The notes: a model not told the origin generated them from the sequence alone. A stretch of 64,000 nucleotides of DNA from Azolla caroliniana (GCA_043228905.1 JBHGNT010000006.1:10850001-10914000); one strand, 5' to 3'; shown: positions 13,148 to 26,981, numbered from the stretch's first letter. Program-made: numbers and translations.

Positions 13148-14016
13148 GGTTTCCCCAGGAGTTCATTTCCGACTCCATCGCCAGATGCCATGTGGTCAAA
13201 TTGGTTGATGTCTATGGTTCTTCGTATGACGTTGGTTCTCGTGAAGCGTTGGCACATCTGAAAAGGTTACCCTTCAGACTTCAATAGGCCTTTCGGTTGT
13301 CTTGTGCATAGCCGACTCATTGAACACTACGTCCAAACTTCGAACAATCTATCTGTGCTCAGGGTTCTAGAGTCAGTATCTGATCTCTCCATCTGGTCCA
13401 TAGCCAAGGAAAATACATTTCTTGGACCTCAATTGTAATTTGCGATGGTCGTCTTTCGGTATGAGGGTGTATGCCTCGCATCTAAAAATCCTCAGCGTGT
13501 CGTAATTCGGCTTCCTTTTGGTCCATAATTCGTGAGGTATTTGAAGTCCTAGAGGCCTACTCGACGACATATTGATTATGTATATTGTCGTAAGTAGGGC
13601 CTCTACCTAGAAGCCATCCGATAATCCGGAGTGTTGGTGCATGGATACCACACATTCTTGAATTGTCCAATTCATTCGTTCGGCAATTCCATTCTGCTCT
13701 AGGCTATAGGGTGTCGTATATTCACGTCGAACGTCACGCTATCAGCAAAATTTGTCGAATTTTTTAGACTTGAACTCTCCCCCGTTGTCAGTTTGAAGGC
13801 ATTTCAACTTTCGACCAAACTATTTCTCTACCATAGAGAGCTACTCGGAAAAGATCGAGAACACCCGATATTTGGTTTTGATCGAATAAGCCCACACCTT
13901 CCGAGTCAAGTCGTTGATGAAGCTGACGAAATACAAGGCACTCTGAGAGACTAATGTGGCATAGGGCCACAGACGTCCGAGTGGACCAAATCGAGTGGAC
14001 TTGATTATCTCGGTGT

Positions 14017-14864
14017 TGTTATCGGGTGTGATGCGGCTATCTATTTGCCATACTAGCAATGATCGCAGAATTGATGATCGGAGAAGGATAGTTTGGGGAT
14101 ATATCTGGCTCTAGATAGATGTGTGATGTCGACCTTGTTGAGGTGTCTGAGTCGTCCATGCCATAATGATGACATAGGAATATAAACCAGGAATAAGTCA
14201 CCCTCTCTGAGTGGGACAAATAGCGGGTACAAAGAATGTATTTTCGAACCTCGAGCAAGTAGGAGGTTCCCCCTGTGGAGTGTCCACCCTCCTGATGAGA
14301 AGCAAGCACGGATGTTGTGTTCGTCAAGCTGTCTGATGTAATACGTGGGACAAAAGGCACGAAGTGTGAAACGAATCTTAAAAAGGAGACAAGTAGTTCA
14401 GTATGAAAAGGAGAATTGACCCGAGCACCGACAACCGAGGAAGGTAAAATGGAATACAAATAGTCGGGAATAAAGGTCAAGAATCAAGAGGGAGTAGTTG
14501 AAGCGCGTCAAGGAAATAATAGGCTATATATATATATCGCTTGAATAACTGAAGGGGGGGGGGAGAATACAGATATATGTACGTTGTATAGAGAGAAAGT
14601 AACCGATATATAGTTGGCTTGTATTGTCTTTATAATCGATATATTCAGTAATCAATACCAATATTTTTTGGGGTCACCTCTGTGTTTATTTCATATTAAT
14701 CTTTACTTACAATTCTATTATTTATAAGTCATAAGTGCAAATCAATCTTGATCGTCTATCATGTAATTGTTCGGCCCTATATTAAGTCCCCTATGCAACC
14801 ACGATTCCTTGATTCGATTACTCAGGGGAGTAATCGAAGGTGTATCCTAGAGAAGGGGATAACA
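14017..14864. mobile_element. Solo LTR (848 bp) without TSD
   Basis: Terminal inverted repeat TGTTATC...GATAACA and non-coding interior. It interrupts Copia-B between protease and integrase, and the flanks ggtgt/ttcga do not match. Confidence 0.75.
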
Positions 14865-17463
14865 TTCGATTGAGATCAATGGTCTTGAGAGCTCAAGAAT
14901 GTGTCAAACGTTGTGTAGTACTAATGTAGAGCCTCCCGGGAGATTGAGCTTTACAGTGTTGATTCCAATTATAGAGAATTGTTGTGAGTTTCCAACTCGT
15001 ACTGAGTCGGAGTGTCGGGCTGAATATTGCCAAAACTAGGATCTGTGAGGGGTCACATGGTAGGACGCACCCGAATCCGAGATCCATGTGCTCAATTCCT
15101 CATTCGTAAGCATAACTTCTTATTCGACTAGGTTTTCAAAGGATAGTATGTTCGGGTCAGTCAACAATACTTCGGCTGAAGAGCCGACATAATTAACCTC
15201 CTCATGCCAGCCACTCTTTTGATCAGCTCACTGAGCCTTATCATTCTTGGTTTTGAATGCACGGCAATCAGCTTTGATGTACCCGGTTTCTTGCAGTAGT
15301 TATAGATTCAGTTGTTTCGGGACTTGGTCCAACTTCGCCAGTTGTTCGACTGTCGGGAAGAACTTCTTCCTCGATTGTTCGGCCAGTCAGTTGAACCTTG
15401 TACTACATATGCTTCATCTATCGAATCTTTCGCAAACGATTTCCTCTAAGTTGCCTCTATCAGTATTGCGCTCGTAACTTCAGAGTACTTCACAAAAAAA
15501 GTAGAAGCATTGCACACGGTTGTGACAAAAGTTTCCCAGGAAGGGGGAAGACTACTCATAAGCAACATTGCTCTCAGTTCATCTTCGATTGTTGTCCCCT
15601 GAGCCGAAATCTGGGAGCTTAAACATTCGTACTCGTTCATCCGCGGGTTGTAGAGGCCTGAATCAAATATACCTTTGTGGTGGCAACCTTCTTCTCATAA
15701 GTGTTTGACAATGTCTTCCATAGTTGAAAGACGGTCGAACACGATTGCACTATGAAGTACATTGACTCCGACAGGTACATCCAAATGGTGGCTCGGACAA
15801 TTCTATCGAGTTTCTCCACTCATTCAGCTTGATTCCTTCTGGAGGGTTTTCGTTCTCGATTGGATCTATCTAACCCTGGACTATCAAATAGTCTTGCATC
15901 TGCTCCTTCCAGAAGTTGAAGTTCGATGGATCGAACTTCCTTAGACTCGTCTCTGATGAGCCGGATGTTGATGCCATCTGTGTCGGCTTCTTAGACTTTG
16001 TTCGGAGTTTACTACAAATGGTGGTGGGATGCAGCCGACTGGCTCACCCGATATTGTTCTAGTCAGATTCGAACACAAGTCGAATCAGATTTTGACTTAT
16101 TGACGGATTCTGTCCGATGTGGTTACAGTCGATTGACTTAGCTGAATTGGACATGAATGGGCCGATTAGCCGATTGGCTTTCAAATGTCGATTTCAAGAA
16201 AATACCAATCATAGATTAAATGCCAATTATCCACGTCAATCCTGCTTCGAGTGACTAAGACGATGAGATAGATTGAGCTGACTGGTCCTCCCGAATGTCG
16301 TCTGGACGAATGAAGCACAAATAGGAGTTGTTTCCTGGAGCAAGATCTGCTTTGAGAGGTTGCAACAAATAAGTGGATAGTGTCTAACATGGTAAAGCAC
16401 ACGATCGAGACCAATTTGATAGAGATTCCACTCCTAATGGCTCTAAACACAGAGGCAAGGTACAGCCGACTGGCTTACCTTAAGAGTGATCTAACGAAGC
16501 GGAGTGCAAATCTTCAGTTTTCTTTCTCTTCTCTAGATTGGATCTTGCACTCAGGTTCTTCAAGGGAGACGAAGCAAGTTGAAGACTGATGGCGACTGGT
16601 AGTTGAAGAACCTTTGCTCTGATACCAGATGTTGAGAACTGAGGTCGTTAGTGTGGAAACATAAACAACATATTACGATGAAGATCACCAGGTTAACATG
16701 TGTAAGTAAGATCAAAGAACAAAGTGAGAGAGAGAACTCTCAAGAGGCACACAATGTAAAACTCATATTCAAGGAATGGTTACAATAAAATGGAGGCAAC
16801 AACTCTGTAACAATAGCAACAACAACAACCTTATGAGCTAGGTTACAAAGCCCTTTATATACCAACTGGGCTAGGGCAACTGCCCTTTGACATTTTTACA
16901 TAATTGTCCTAAACCTAGATTGTCCAACAGACAATGTGAATAGGGCCATTAGATACCCATATTCAACACCCCCGACAAAAACTTCCATTTGCCATTTCGA
17001 AAACTACGACTGTAGCCTTCATCATCCATTCTTCCAATCGATATCAAATTCAACCTGATATCGGGCATCTGTCGAACATCCTTAAGGGTGAGCCGATAGC
17101 CAGTCGACGTTGTCAGGCATACACTTCCAATGCCGACTATCTTGCATTCTCCATTATCTCCCATCTTTACATAGCCATAGTCACTGATTGTGTAAGATGA
17201 GAAGCACTCTCTTGAGGGAGTTATATGGAACGATGCACTGGAATGAATCACCCAAGTGCACTCCTCATTTGCGAGATTTGCCCTTGCATGTTCACAAATG
17301 AAAAGAAGTTATTCTTCGCTCGTAGCGACAGTTGAAGTGCCCTTCTCCTGACAAGAATACACGCTCCCGATAAACAGCGCTCGGCCACAACTGAGCCTAG
17401 AATCAAACACAGTAAACGGGTAATGAACGCACGACACAGTGAAGAGAAGAGTACACAGGATGT

Positions 17464-20400
17464 TGTTGGGAGACAGGTCCCTCCGGATGGGAAGGGAGAA
17501 GAACAGTGCCGATGAACAAACTCGCGGCCTCGGCCGAAACCGGATGAGGAGTACCCGGCTACGGAGAGCCGGATGACACAGACCCGGTGCGAACCGGAGG
17601 AAGAGACATATTCGTACATATGTTTCTGAGAGCCCATCGAGGCTACATTTGTAAATAGCCGAAAAGTCATATTAGTATAAATATGACTTAGGGCAACCTT
17701 TTAATTGTGGTTGTCAATTTTAAGTGTTGTCATAGAGAGAGCACGTAACAGTGTACAGAGAGAGGGAGAGAGAGAAAGAGGTCGTTGCCTCTGTTGTAAC
17801 CGCCGCCTGTGGCGAAGATCGTGAGCACGAGGTCGTTGCCTCCGTGAACTCACTGTTTTGTACATTACTACATAGTGACAGTTTGTAGCCTGTGGGCTGC
17901 CGTGGTTTTTCCCCTAGTTTGGGGTTTTCCACGTAAACCTCCTGTGTATCTTCCTCTTCTCTGTGTCGTGTTTTATTTCCCGTTCTTTCTGTGTATCATT
18001 CTAAGCTCGGTTGTGGCCGAGCGTTGTGCATAAGGAGCGTTGAGTTCCCGTCAAGTGGTATCAGAGCGAATCGACACAGAAAATGGACGAATCGTTTGGC
18101 AGCATGTTCAAGCTCACCAGCTCCAACTATTCAGTGTGGAACCGGAACCGGATTCGGATTCGGATGAAGAGCAAATGGAGGAGCCGGCTACCGAAGCCCA
18201 AAGACGGAGATATCCTCTCAGAGAGAGAAGGGCCCCCCGGAGATTTCCAGATGCAGAGCATGTTCTGCTAACCGATGAGGGGGAGCCGGAAAGCTTCAAA
18301 GAAGCGGAGGATGACACCCACAGCTGAAAATGGTTAAGTGCCATGCAGGACGAGATGGATTCCCTGCATGAGAACCATACGTACGAATTGGTGGAGCTGC
18401 CGAAAGGAAAGCGGGCACTCCGAAACAAGTGGGTGTACAAGTTGAAACCGGGAGATGCCGGCAACCCCCCGAGATACAAAGCCAAGATCGTGGTGAAGGG
18501 GTTCCAGTAGAAGAAGGGCGTGGACTTCGACGAGATATTTGCCCCGGTAGTAAAGATGACCTCCATCCGGACGGTGCTGAGTATAGCAGCAAGCATGGAC
18601 CTCGAGGTAGAGCAGCTGGACGTGAAGACGGCATTCCTTCACGGCGACCTCGAAGAGGAGATCTACATGCAGCAACCAGAAGGTTTCGTGGGGAAAGGGA
18701 AGGAGCACCTGGTATGCCGGTTGAAGAAGAGCTTGTATGGATTGAAGCAGGCTCCCCGACAATGGTACCGGAAGTTCGACTCCTTCATGACCGATAAAGG
18801 GTACCACAAGTCGCAGGCCGATCACTGCGTGTTTGTGAAGAAGTTCGAAGGAGGCGACTTCTTGATACTCCTTCTGTACGTGGACGACATGTTGATCGTC
18901 GAACGGGACCAAGACAAAATACAGATGCTGAAGAAGGCCCTCAACCGGACCTTCTCAATGAAAGACTTGGGTCCGGCAAGACAGATGTTGGGGATGCACA
19001 TCATTCAGGACCGATCAAAGAGGCAATTATGGCTGTCACAGGAGAAGTACGTGACAAAGGTGCTTCACCGGTTCAACATGTCAGAAGCGAAACCGGTCGG
19101 ATCGACACTTCCGGCAAACTGCAGGCTATCCGGCAAGCAAAGCCCGAAGACGAAAGCAGAGAAGACGGATATGATGAAGATTCCTAATGCCTCTGCCGTC
19201 GGGAGCTTGATGTACGCAATGGTTTGTACTCGACCGGATATAGGATACGCAGTCGGAGTGGTGAGCCAGTTCATGAGCAATCCCAGCAAGGAGCACTGGA
19301 ACACGGTCAAATGGATACTCCGGTATTTGAAGGGCACTTCAAATATGTGTCTCCGATTCGCCTTCGGAAAACCCCAACTGGACGGTTTCACCGATTCGGA
19401 CATGTCGGCTGATGTGGATACTAGCCGGTCTACATCCGGGTATGTAATGACATATGCAGGGGGAGCTGTTTCGTGGCAGTCGAGGCTGCAGAAGTCGGTT
19501 GCATTGTCAACCACGGAGGCGGAGTACATGGCAGCTGTGGAAGCCGGCAAGGAAATTTTATGGATGAAGGACTTCATCGGAGAGCTCGGTATACGACAAG
19601 AGGAATACCGACTCTATTGCGACAGTCAAAGTGCCATCCACCTTGCTAAGAATGCGGCCTACCATTCCCGGACGAAGCATATCCAGCGGAGGTATCACTG
19701 GATCCGGGAAAGAGTAGATGACCAGGAGTTCGCACTGACGAAGATCCACACGGTTGAGAACAGGTCAGATATGCCGACCAAAGTGCTGACACTCGACAAG
19801 CTTGACGCATGCCGAAAGAGGATCGGACTGGTAAGACACCCCATGCCGGAGTGAAGGGGGAGTTTGTTGGGAGACAGGTCCCTCCAGATGGGAAGGGAGA
19901 AGAACAGTGCCGATGAACAAACTCGATCAAGGCCGAAACCGGATGAGGAGTACCCGGCTACGGAGAGCCGGATGATACAGTGCCGATGAACAAACGGTAT
20001 GAGGAGAACCCGGCGACGGAGAGCCGGATGATGCAAACCCGGTGTGAACCGGATGAGGAGTACCCAGCTACGGAGAGCCGGATGACGCAGACCCGGTGCG
20101 AACCGGAGGAAGAGACATATTCGTAAATATGTTTCTGAGAGCCCATCGAGGCTACATTTGTAAATAGCCGAAAAGTCATATTAGTATAAATATGACTTAG
20201 GGCAACCTTTTAATTGTGGTTGTCAATTTTAGGTGTTGTCATAGAGAGAGCACGTAACAGTGTACAGAGAGAGGGAGAGAGAGAAAGAGGTCGTTGCCTC
20301 TGTTGTAACCGCCGCCTGTGGCGAAGATCATGAGCACGAGGTTGTTGCCTCCGTGAACTCACTGTTTTGTACATTACTACATAGTGACAGTTTGCAGCCT

Positions 20401-20562
20401 GTGGGCTGCCGTGGTTTTTCCCCTAGTTTGGGGTTTTCCACGTAAACCTCCTGTGTATCTTCCTCTTCTCTGTGTCGTGTTTTATTTCCCGTTTTTTCTG
20501 TGTATCATTCTAAGCTCGGTTGTGGCCGAGCGTTGTGCATAAGGAGCGTTGAGTTCCCGTCA
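17464..20562 (+). mobile_element. Copia-G: internally deleted relative of Copia-F, inserted in inverted orientation in F's 3' LTR
   Basis: LTRs 17464-18053 and 19865-20562, TSD GATGT, PBS TGGTATCAGAGC 18056-18067, PPT ~19849-19862. The gag start (MDESFGSMFKLT) is fused at ~18141 to the INT-RT linker. Confidence 0.94.
18520..19854 (+). pseudogene. Copia reverse transcriptase-RNase H remnant (open 444 codons)
   Basis: QLDVKTAFLHG, LYGLKQAPRQW, LLYVDDML, SWQSRLQKSVALSTTEAEY, RTKHI motifs; in-frame stops lie upstream. Confidence 0.9.
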
Positions 20563-20899
20563 GATGTTAACGTGGAAAACCCAAACTAGGGAAAAACCAC
20601 GGGAGCCCACAGAATGCAAACTATCACTATATCAGAATGTACAATAGAGAAGCACCAAGGCAACGACCTCGAGCTTGCTATCTTCGCCACAGTCAGCGGT
20701 TACAACAGAGGCAACCACCTCTTCCTCTCTCTCTCTCTCTCTCTCTCTCTGTACACAGTTACGCGCTCTAATCTTGCACCAACAAGAATACCAACATATC
20801 CACTAAGTTTGCCCTAAGTCATATTTATACTAAAACGACTTTTCGGCTATTTACAAATATAGCCCCGATGGACTCGCAGAAACATATTTACGAATATGT

Positions 20900-21252
20900 C
20901 CCTTCATCCGGTGAGCACTCCTCACCGGGCCTGCATCATCCAGCGCTTGTCGGGCACTCATCATCCGGTTCTCACCAGGTCTTTCGTTTCCGGGTACTCC
21001 TCATCCGGTTCTCACTGGGTCTTCCGTTTCCGGGTACTCCTCATCCGGTTCTCACCAGTTCTTCTGTTGCTGGGTACTCCTCATCCAGTTCTCACCGGGT
21101 CTTCCGTTTCCGGGTACTCCTCATCCGGTTCTCACCAGTTCTTCTGTTGCCGGGTACTCCTCATCCGGTTCTCATGGGGTCTTCCGATGCTAGGTACTCC
21201 TCATCCGGTTCTCACCGAGTCTTCCGTTGTCGGGTACTCCTCATCCGGTTTC
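20900..21252. repeat. ~40-bp tandem repeat in the Copia-F 3' LTR
   Basis: Unit ccgggtactcctcatccggttctcaccgggtcttccgttg, about 8-9 copies. Confidence 0.9.
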
Positions 21253-24200
21253 GGCCTCGGGTTATCGGCCTCGGTCGAGTTTGCTCATCAACACTGTTCT
21301 TCTCACTTCCCATCCGGAGGGACCTATTTCCTAACAAACTCCCCCTTCACTCCGGCATGGGATGTCTTACTAGTCCGACCCGCTTCCGACATGCATCCAG
21401 CTTGTCAGGTGTCAATACTTTGGTCGGCATATCTGACCTGTTCTCAGCCGTGTGGATCTTCGTAAGCGCGAGCTCCTGGTCATCTACTCTTTCCCGGATC
21501 CAGTGATACCTACGCTGGATATGCTTTGTTCGGGAATGGTAGGTCGCATTCTTAGCAAGGTGGATGGCACTTTGACTGTCGCAATAGAGCCGGTATTCAT
21601 CTTGCCGGATACTGAGCTCTCCGATGAAGTCCTTCATCCATAATATTTCCTTGCCGGCGGCTTCCACAGCCGCCATGTACTCCGCCTCCGTGGTTGACAA
21701 CGCAACCGTCTTCTATAGCCTCGACTGCCACGAAACAGCTCCCCCTGCATATGTCATTACATACCCGGATGTAGACCGGTTGGTATCCACATCAGCCAAC
21801 ATGTCCAAATCGGTAAAACCATCAAGTTGAGGTTTCCCAGAGCCGAATCGGGGTCATATTTGAAGTGCCCTTCAAGTACCGGAGTATCCATTTGACCGCG
21901 TTCCAATGCTCCTTATCGGGATTGCTCATAAAACGGCTCACCACTCCGACTGCGTATCCTATATCCAGTTGGATACACACCATTGCGAACATTAAGCTCC
22001 CGACGGCAGAGGCATATGGAACCTTCATCATATCAGCCTTCTCTGCTTTCGTCTTCGGGCTTTGCTTATCGGATAATCTACAGTTTGCCGGGAGTATCGA
22101 TCCGACCAGTTTCGCTTCCAACATGTTGAACCGTTGAAGCACCTTTGTCACGTACTTCTCCTGTGATAGCCACAATTGCTTCATTGACCGGTTCCGGATG
22201 ATATGCATCCCCAACATATGTCTTGCCGGACCCAAGTCTTTCATTGAGAAGGTCTGGTTGAGGGCCTTCTTCAGCATCCGTATTTTGGCTTGGTCCCGTT
22301 CGACGATCAACATGTCGTCCACGTACAGAAGGAGTATCAGGAAGTTGCCTCCTTCGAACTTCTTCACAAACACACAGTGATCGGCCTGCGTCTTGTGGTA
22401 CCCTTGATCGGTCATGAAGAAGTTGAACTTCCGGTACAATTGTCGGGGAGCCTGCTTCAGTCCGTACAGGCTCTTCTTCAACCGGCAAACCAGTTGCTCC
22501 TTCCCTTTCTCCACGAATCCTTCCAGTTGCTGCATGTAGATCTCCTCTTCGAGGTCACCGTGAAGGAATGTCGTCTTCACGTCCAACTGCTCTACCTCGA
22601 GGTCCATGCTTGCCGCTATACTCAGCACCGTCCGGATGGAGGTCATCTTTACTACCGGGGCAAATATCTCGTCGAAGATAATATCTCGACTCCGGAATAC
22701 CTTCTTGTCGACCAAGTTCCACACTCGGTAGCCGAACTCATCGTCGCCGTAACCGAGGAATATGCATGGCCGGGTCTCCGAATCTAGTTTTCCTCTCCTG
22801 TCCTTACCTACATGCACATACGCAAGATACCCAAATACCTTCAGATGCCGGTAGGACACTTTCTTACCGGTCCAGACTCTCTGTGGCGTGTCTCCGTCTA
22901 AGGGTACTGAGGGTGATCTGTTTATGACATATGTCGCCGTCGACAATGCCTCAGCCCAACACTTCTTGGATAGTTTTGCATGCGCCAGCATACTCCAGAC
23001 CCTTTCCATTATGGTTTGTTTCATCCTCTCGGCTAGCCCGTTTAGTTCCGGCATCTTCGACACGGTAAATTCGAGCCGGATTCCCTTCGAGCGGCAGTAC
23101 TCCTCGAACTGCCCCCCGGTATTCACCTCCGTTGTCTGCTCGAACCGCCTTCAACTTCCGGCTAGTTTCTCTTTCCACTCTCGCGTGGAGCTCTTTGAAG
23201 ACGGATAACACCTGATCCTTCGTCTTCAACGGTGTGGCCCACAACTTCTGGCTGTGATCATCTATGAACGTCACGAAGTACTACGATCCGGCATGTGACT
23301 TCATGTCCACTTGACATACATCAATATGCACCAACTCCAGTGGTGCATTACGTCTCATCGGTGGCCTCAATCGGAAGGAGGTTCGGTTTTGTTTATCGGC
23401 CAGACAATCAGTGCACTTCTCCAAGTGCACGTTCTTCACTGGAATGAAGTTGTCATCTGCAAGCCTCTTCATCCCCTTCTCGTTCATGTGACACAGCCTC
23501 TTGTGCCACAGCTCACCGGTAGTGTCGGATGCTACATTCACGTCTTCCGGGCATAACCGGGCATTCATTAGGTACAGCGTGTTTACCTTCCGAGCCTGAG
23601 CCACAATCAAGCTCCCTTTGCTGAACTTCATAACACCGTTCCGGATGCTACCCGTGTAGCCTTCATCATCTAGCCGACCGGCTGATATCAGGTTCAGACG
23701 AACCTCCGAAACGTGTCGGACATCCTTCAGCAGCAGCTTGCATCCGGTTGGTGTTGTCAACCACACGTCTCCTATGCCGACACTTCGGCATGTACCTTCA
23801 TTCCCCATCCGGACACAGCCGTGATCACCGGCTTAGTAGGATGAGAAGCATTTCCGGTCCGGGGTAAGGTGGAACGACACTCCGGAGTCGACCACCCAGG
23901 TCATCTCGTCGCCGGCAAGGTTTAGCTCACTCTCCTTAGTGATGAGCATCAACTCTTCTTCACTTGCCGTGATTGCCGTTGTTCCCTTCTGGTCCGGCCC
24001 CCTCCGGTCTTTACCGTTCCGGTCTGGTGTCCACTTCGAATCGGTACCGTCGGTTTCCTTGTCTTTTCGGAAATGCCGACAGTTCTTCTGGAAGTGTCTC
24101 GGCTTGCCACAATAGAAGCAGGTAGGCCTCCCCCTTGACTTTGACCGTTTCCCCGACTTCTCCCGATTCTGGGGACTACGGTTCCTTTGTCTTCCGCGTT

Positions 24201-25315
24201 CCAATTCGGTAAGGAGCGCTTTGGAGTCGGATCCTCATCTAGCAAGCTCGACTTCACTCTTGCTAGGGATAATCGTTTCCCTTTCGGCCCGGCGTTGCCC
24301 AGAGTGACAACCAACGTCTCCCAGCTATCCGGGAGGGAACCAAGCAGGAGCATCGCTAGTACCTCATCGACGAGAGGTACTTCCAATGATGTTGCCTGGT
24401 GTATCAGCCCTTGGAAGGCATTCATGTGCTCCGCCATGCTAGAGCCATCTTGGTACCGAAGTCTTACTAGCTTTTGGAATACCGAAACCTGGTTAACAGC
24501 ATTTTTGTTCTGAAACATAATGTCGATCTTCTCCCAGAGCTCATGAGCCTTGCTTTCTTCATTGAAGTTGTTGTATAGGCTCATGTCGATGAAGCACCAT
24601 ATGTACGCCATTGTCTTCATGTGCATCACCTCCCATACCGTGGCGTCGATTTTGTCCGGTCTCTTGTCCCCGAACTGAACCGGCAACCAAAGATCTTTAA
24701 CCACAAGCATGTCCCTCATCTTCGACTTCCACATAGAATAGTTGGAGCCGATGAGCTTGAACATGCCTCCCAGCGATTTGTCCATTTTCTGTGTCGTTTC
24801 GCTCTGATACCACTTTGACAGGAATACACGCTCCCGATGAACAGCGCTCGGCCACAACCGAGCCTAGAATCAAACACAGTAAACGGGTAATGAACGCACG
24901 ACACAGTGAAGAGAAGAGTACACAGGATGTTAACGTGGAAAACCCAAACTAGGGAAAAACCACGGGAGCCCACAGACTGCAAACTATCACTATATCAGAA
25001 TGTACAATAGAGAAGCACCGAGGCAACAACCTTGAGCTTGCTATCTTCGCCACAGGCGGCGGTTACAACAGAGGCAACGACCTCTTCCTCTCTCTCTCTC
25101 TGTACACAGTTACGTGCTCTAATCTTGCACCAACAAGAATAACAACATATCCACTAAGTTTGCCCTAAGTCATATTTATACTAAAATGACTTTTCGGCTA
25201 TTTACAAATATAGCCCCGATGAAGTTTGCCCTAAGTCATATTTATACTAAAATGACTTTTCGGCTATTGACAAATATAGCCCCGATGGACTCTCAGAAAC
25301 ATATTTACGAATATG

Positions 25316-25748
25316 TCCCTTCATCCGATGAGCACTCCTCACCGGGCCTGCATCATCCGGCACTTGCTGGGCACTCATCATCCGGTTCTCACCGGGTCTT
25401 CCATTTCTGGGTACTCCTCATCCGGTTCTCACCAGGTCTTCTGGTGCCGGGTACTCCTCATCCGGTTCTCACTGGGTCTTCCGTTGCCAGGTACTCTCAT
25501 CCGGTTCTCACCGGGTCTTCCGATGCCGGGTACTCCTCATTCGGTTCTCACCGGGTCTTCCGTTTTCGGGTACTCCTCATCCGGTTCTCACCGGGTCTTC
25601 CGTTGCCGGGTACTCCTCATCCGGTTCTCACCGGGTCTTCCGATGCTGGGTACTCCTCATCCAGTTCTCACCGGGTCTTCCGATGTCGGGTACTCCTCAT
25701 CCGGTTCTCACCGGGTCTTCCGTTGTCGGGTACTCCTCATCCGGTTTC
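25316..25748. repeat. ~40-bp tandem repeat in the Copia-F 5' LTR
   Basis: Same unit, about 10-11 copies. Confidence 0.9.
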
Positions 25749-26893
25749 GGCCTCGGGCTATCGGCCTCGGCCGAGTTTGCTCATCAACACTGTTCTTCTC
25801 ACTTCCCGTCTGGAGGGACCTGTTTCTTAACATCTCCTACGAAATCTTTCTAGGTTTGACATCATTCAAGACATTGTTGTCCTTCTTAAGGTGTCGACAA
25901 TCCTTCTAGAAGTGTCCAGGTTTTCCACAATAAAAGCATGTAAGCTTACCTTTGGACTTGGATATAGCATGGGACTTGTCCCTTCTTTGTGGACTTCTAT
26001 TTTTGTTCTTTCCTCTGCCTAAATGTTGCAACACATTTGCCTCTGACTGGGACAAGACACCCTTGTCCTTCCGTCTTGTCTCCTCGTTCAAGATATTTGT
26101 CTTTACCACTTGTAGAGACAAGTTTTCTTCTTGATACGAGGTGTTGAGAGTCACCACAACGTTCTCCCAGTTGTCTGGTAGGGTACACAACAACAACAAG
26201 GCCTAAATAGCATCATCAAAGGGGAACTTGGCTTCCACTAGTTGATTGACTAGCCCCATGAATGTGTTGATGTGTACTACTATGCTTTCGCCATCTTTGT
26301 ACTTCAACCTTACTATCTTTCTCATCAAAGATGCCTTGTTTAGGGCATTTTTCCTCTCGTGCAGCCCTGACAACTTTTGCCACATATCGTAGGCATTAGT
26401 GTCGTTGGCCACATGCTGACGAACACTCACATCTACACATTGTCTAATGGTGTCCACCACCTTCCTGTTCAAGAGTTTCCATTCAAACTCTAATACCCTT
26501 TTAGGTATTTCTTCTTTGTCGATGGGTTTGTATAGATCATTGACAATGAGAAGATCTTCCATTTTGATCTTCCAATCGGAGTAGTTATGTGAGTTTAGGA
26601 CTATCATACCTGGGAAGCCGCTCACACCTCCTTCCATTTCTGCACCTCACGCTCTGATACCAATTTGGGGGGCTAGGACTGTAGATCTTTGAGAAAGATG
26701 AACTGAAATAGACAACGCGAAAACAAAAAATTAGACAGTACACATTGTTTACGTGGAAACCCTAAATCAGGGGAAAACCACGGGAACAAATATTCCATTA
26801 TATGAACAGAGAATACAAGGGAGAAAGAACAAATTACAAACTTTTTGTAACTCAGAGAATACCCAATTAGGGTTCTTGCCAAGTTCCACAATG

Positions 26894-26896
<3 letters not shown>

Positions 26897-26974
<78 letters not shown>
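26897..26974. repeat. (CT)n microsatellite within the Copia-H LTR
   Basis: Long perfect CT run. Confidence 0.95.

Positions 26975-26981
<7 letters not shown>

Larger units (their letters stand above)
5617..16968 (-). mobile_element. Copia-B: degenerate Ty1/Copia element
   Basis: LTRs 5617-5947 and 16630-16968, TSD CCCCC, iMet PBS 16616-16627, PPT ~5948-5955. gag ~15100-15970, protease (WISDSGASYHVTP) ~14866-15100, integrase 13150-14010, RT/RNase H 6200-7538. Many stops and frameshifts. Confidence 0.9.
17349..25832 (-). mobile_element. Copia-F: Ty1/Copia element (Tnt1/Tork-like) with tandem-repeat LTRs
   Basis: 5' LTR 24816-25832, 3' LTR 17349-21336 (split by Copia-G), TSD TCTCC, iMet PBS 24801-24812, PPT ~21339-21352. 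gag-PR-INT-RT-RH remnants span 21347-24785. Confidence 0.93.

Noticed and set aside
15046-15085. LTR end plus PBS (..ggtcaca TGGTAGG..)
   Set aside because: It is the reverse complement of the Copia-B protease motif DSGASYHVTP.
20868-21506. CRISPR-like array or repeat protein (212-aa and 214-aa ORFs)
   Set aside because: Head-to-tail 40-bp repeats without unique spacers inside Copia LTRs; the ORFs are by-products.
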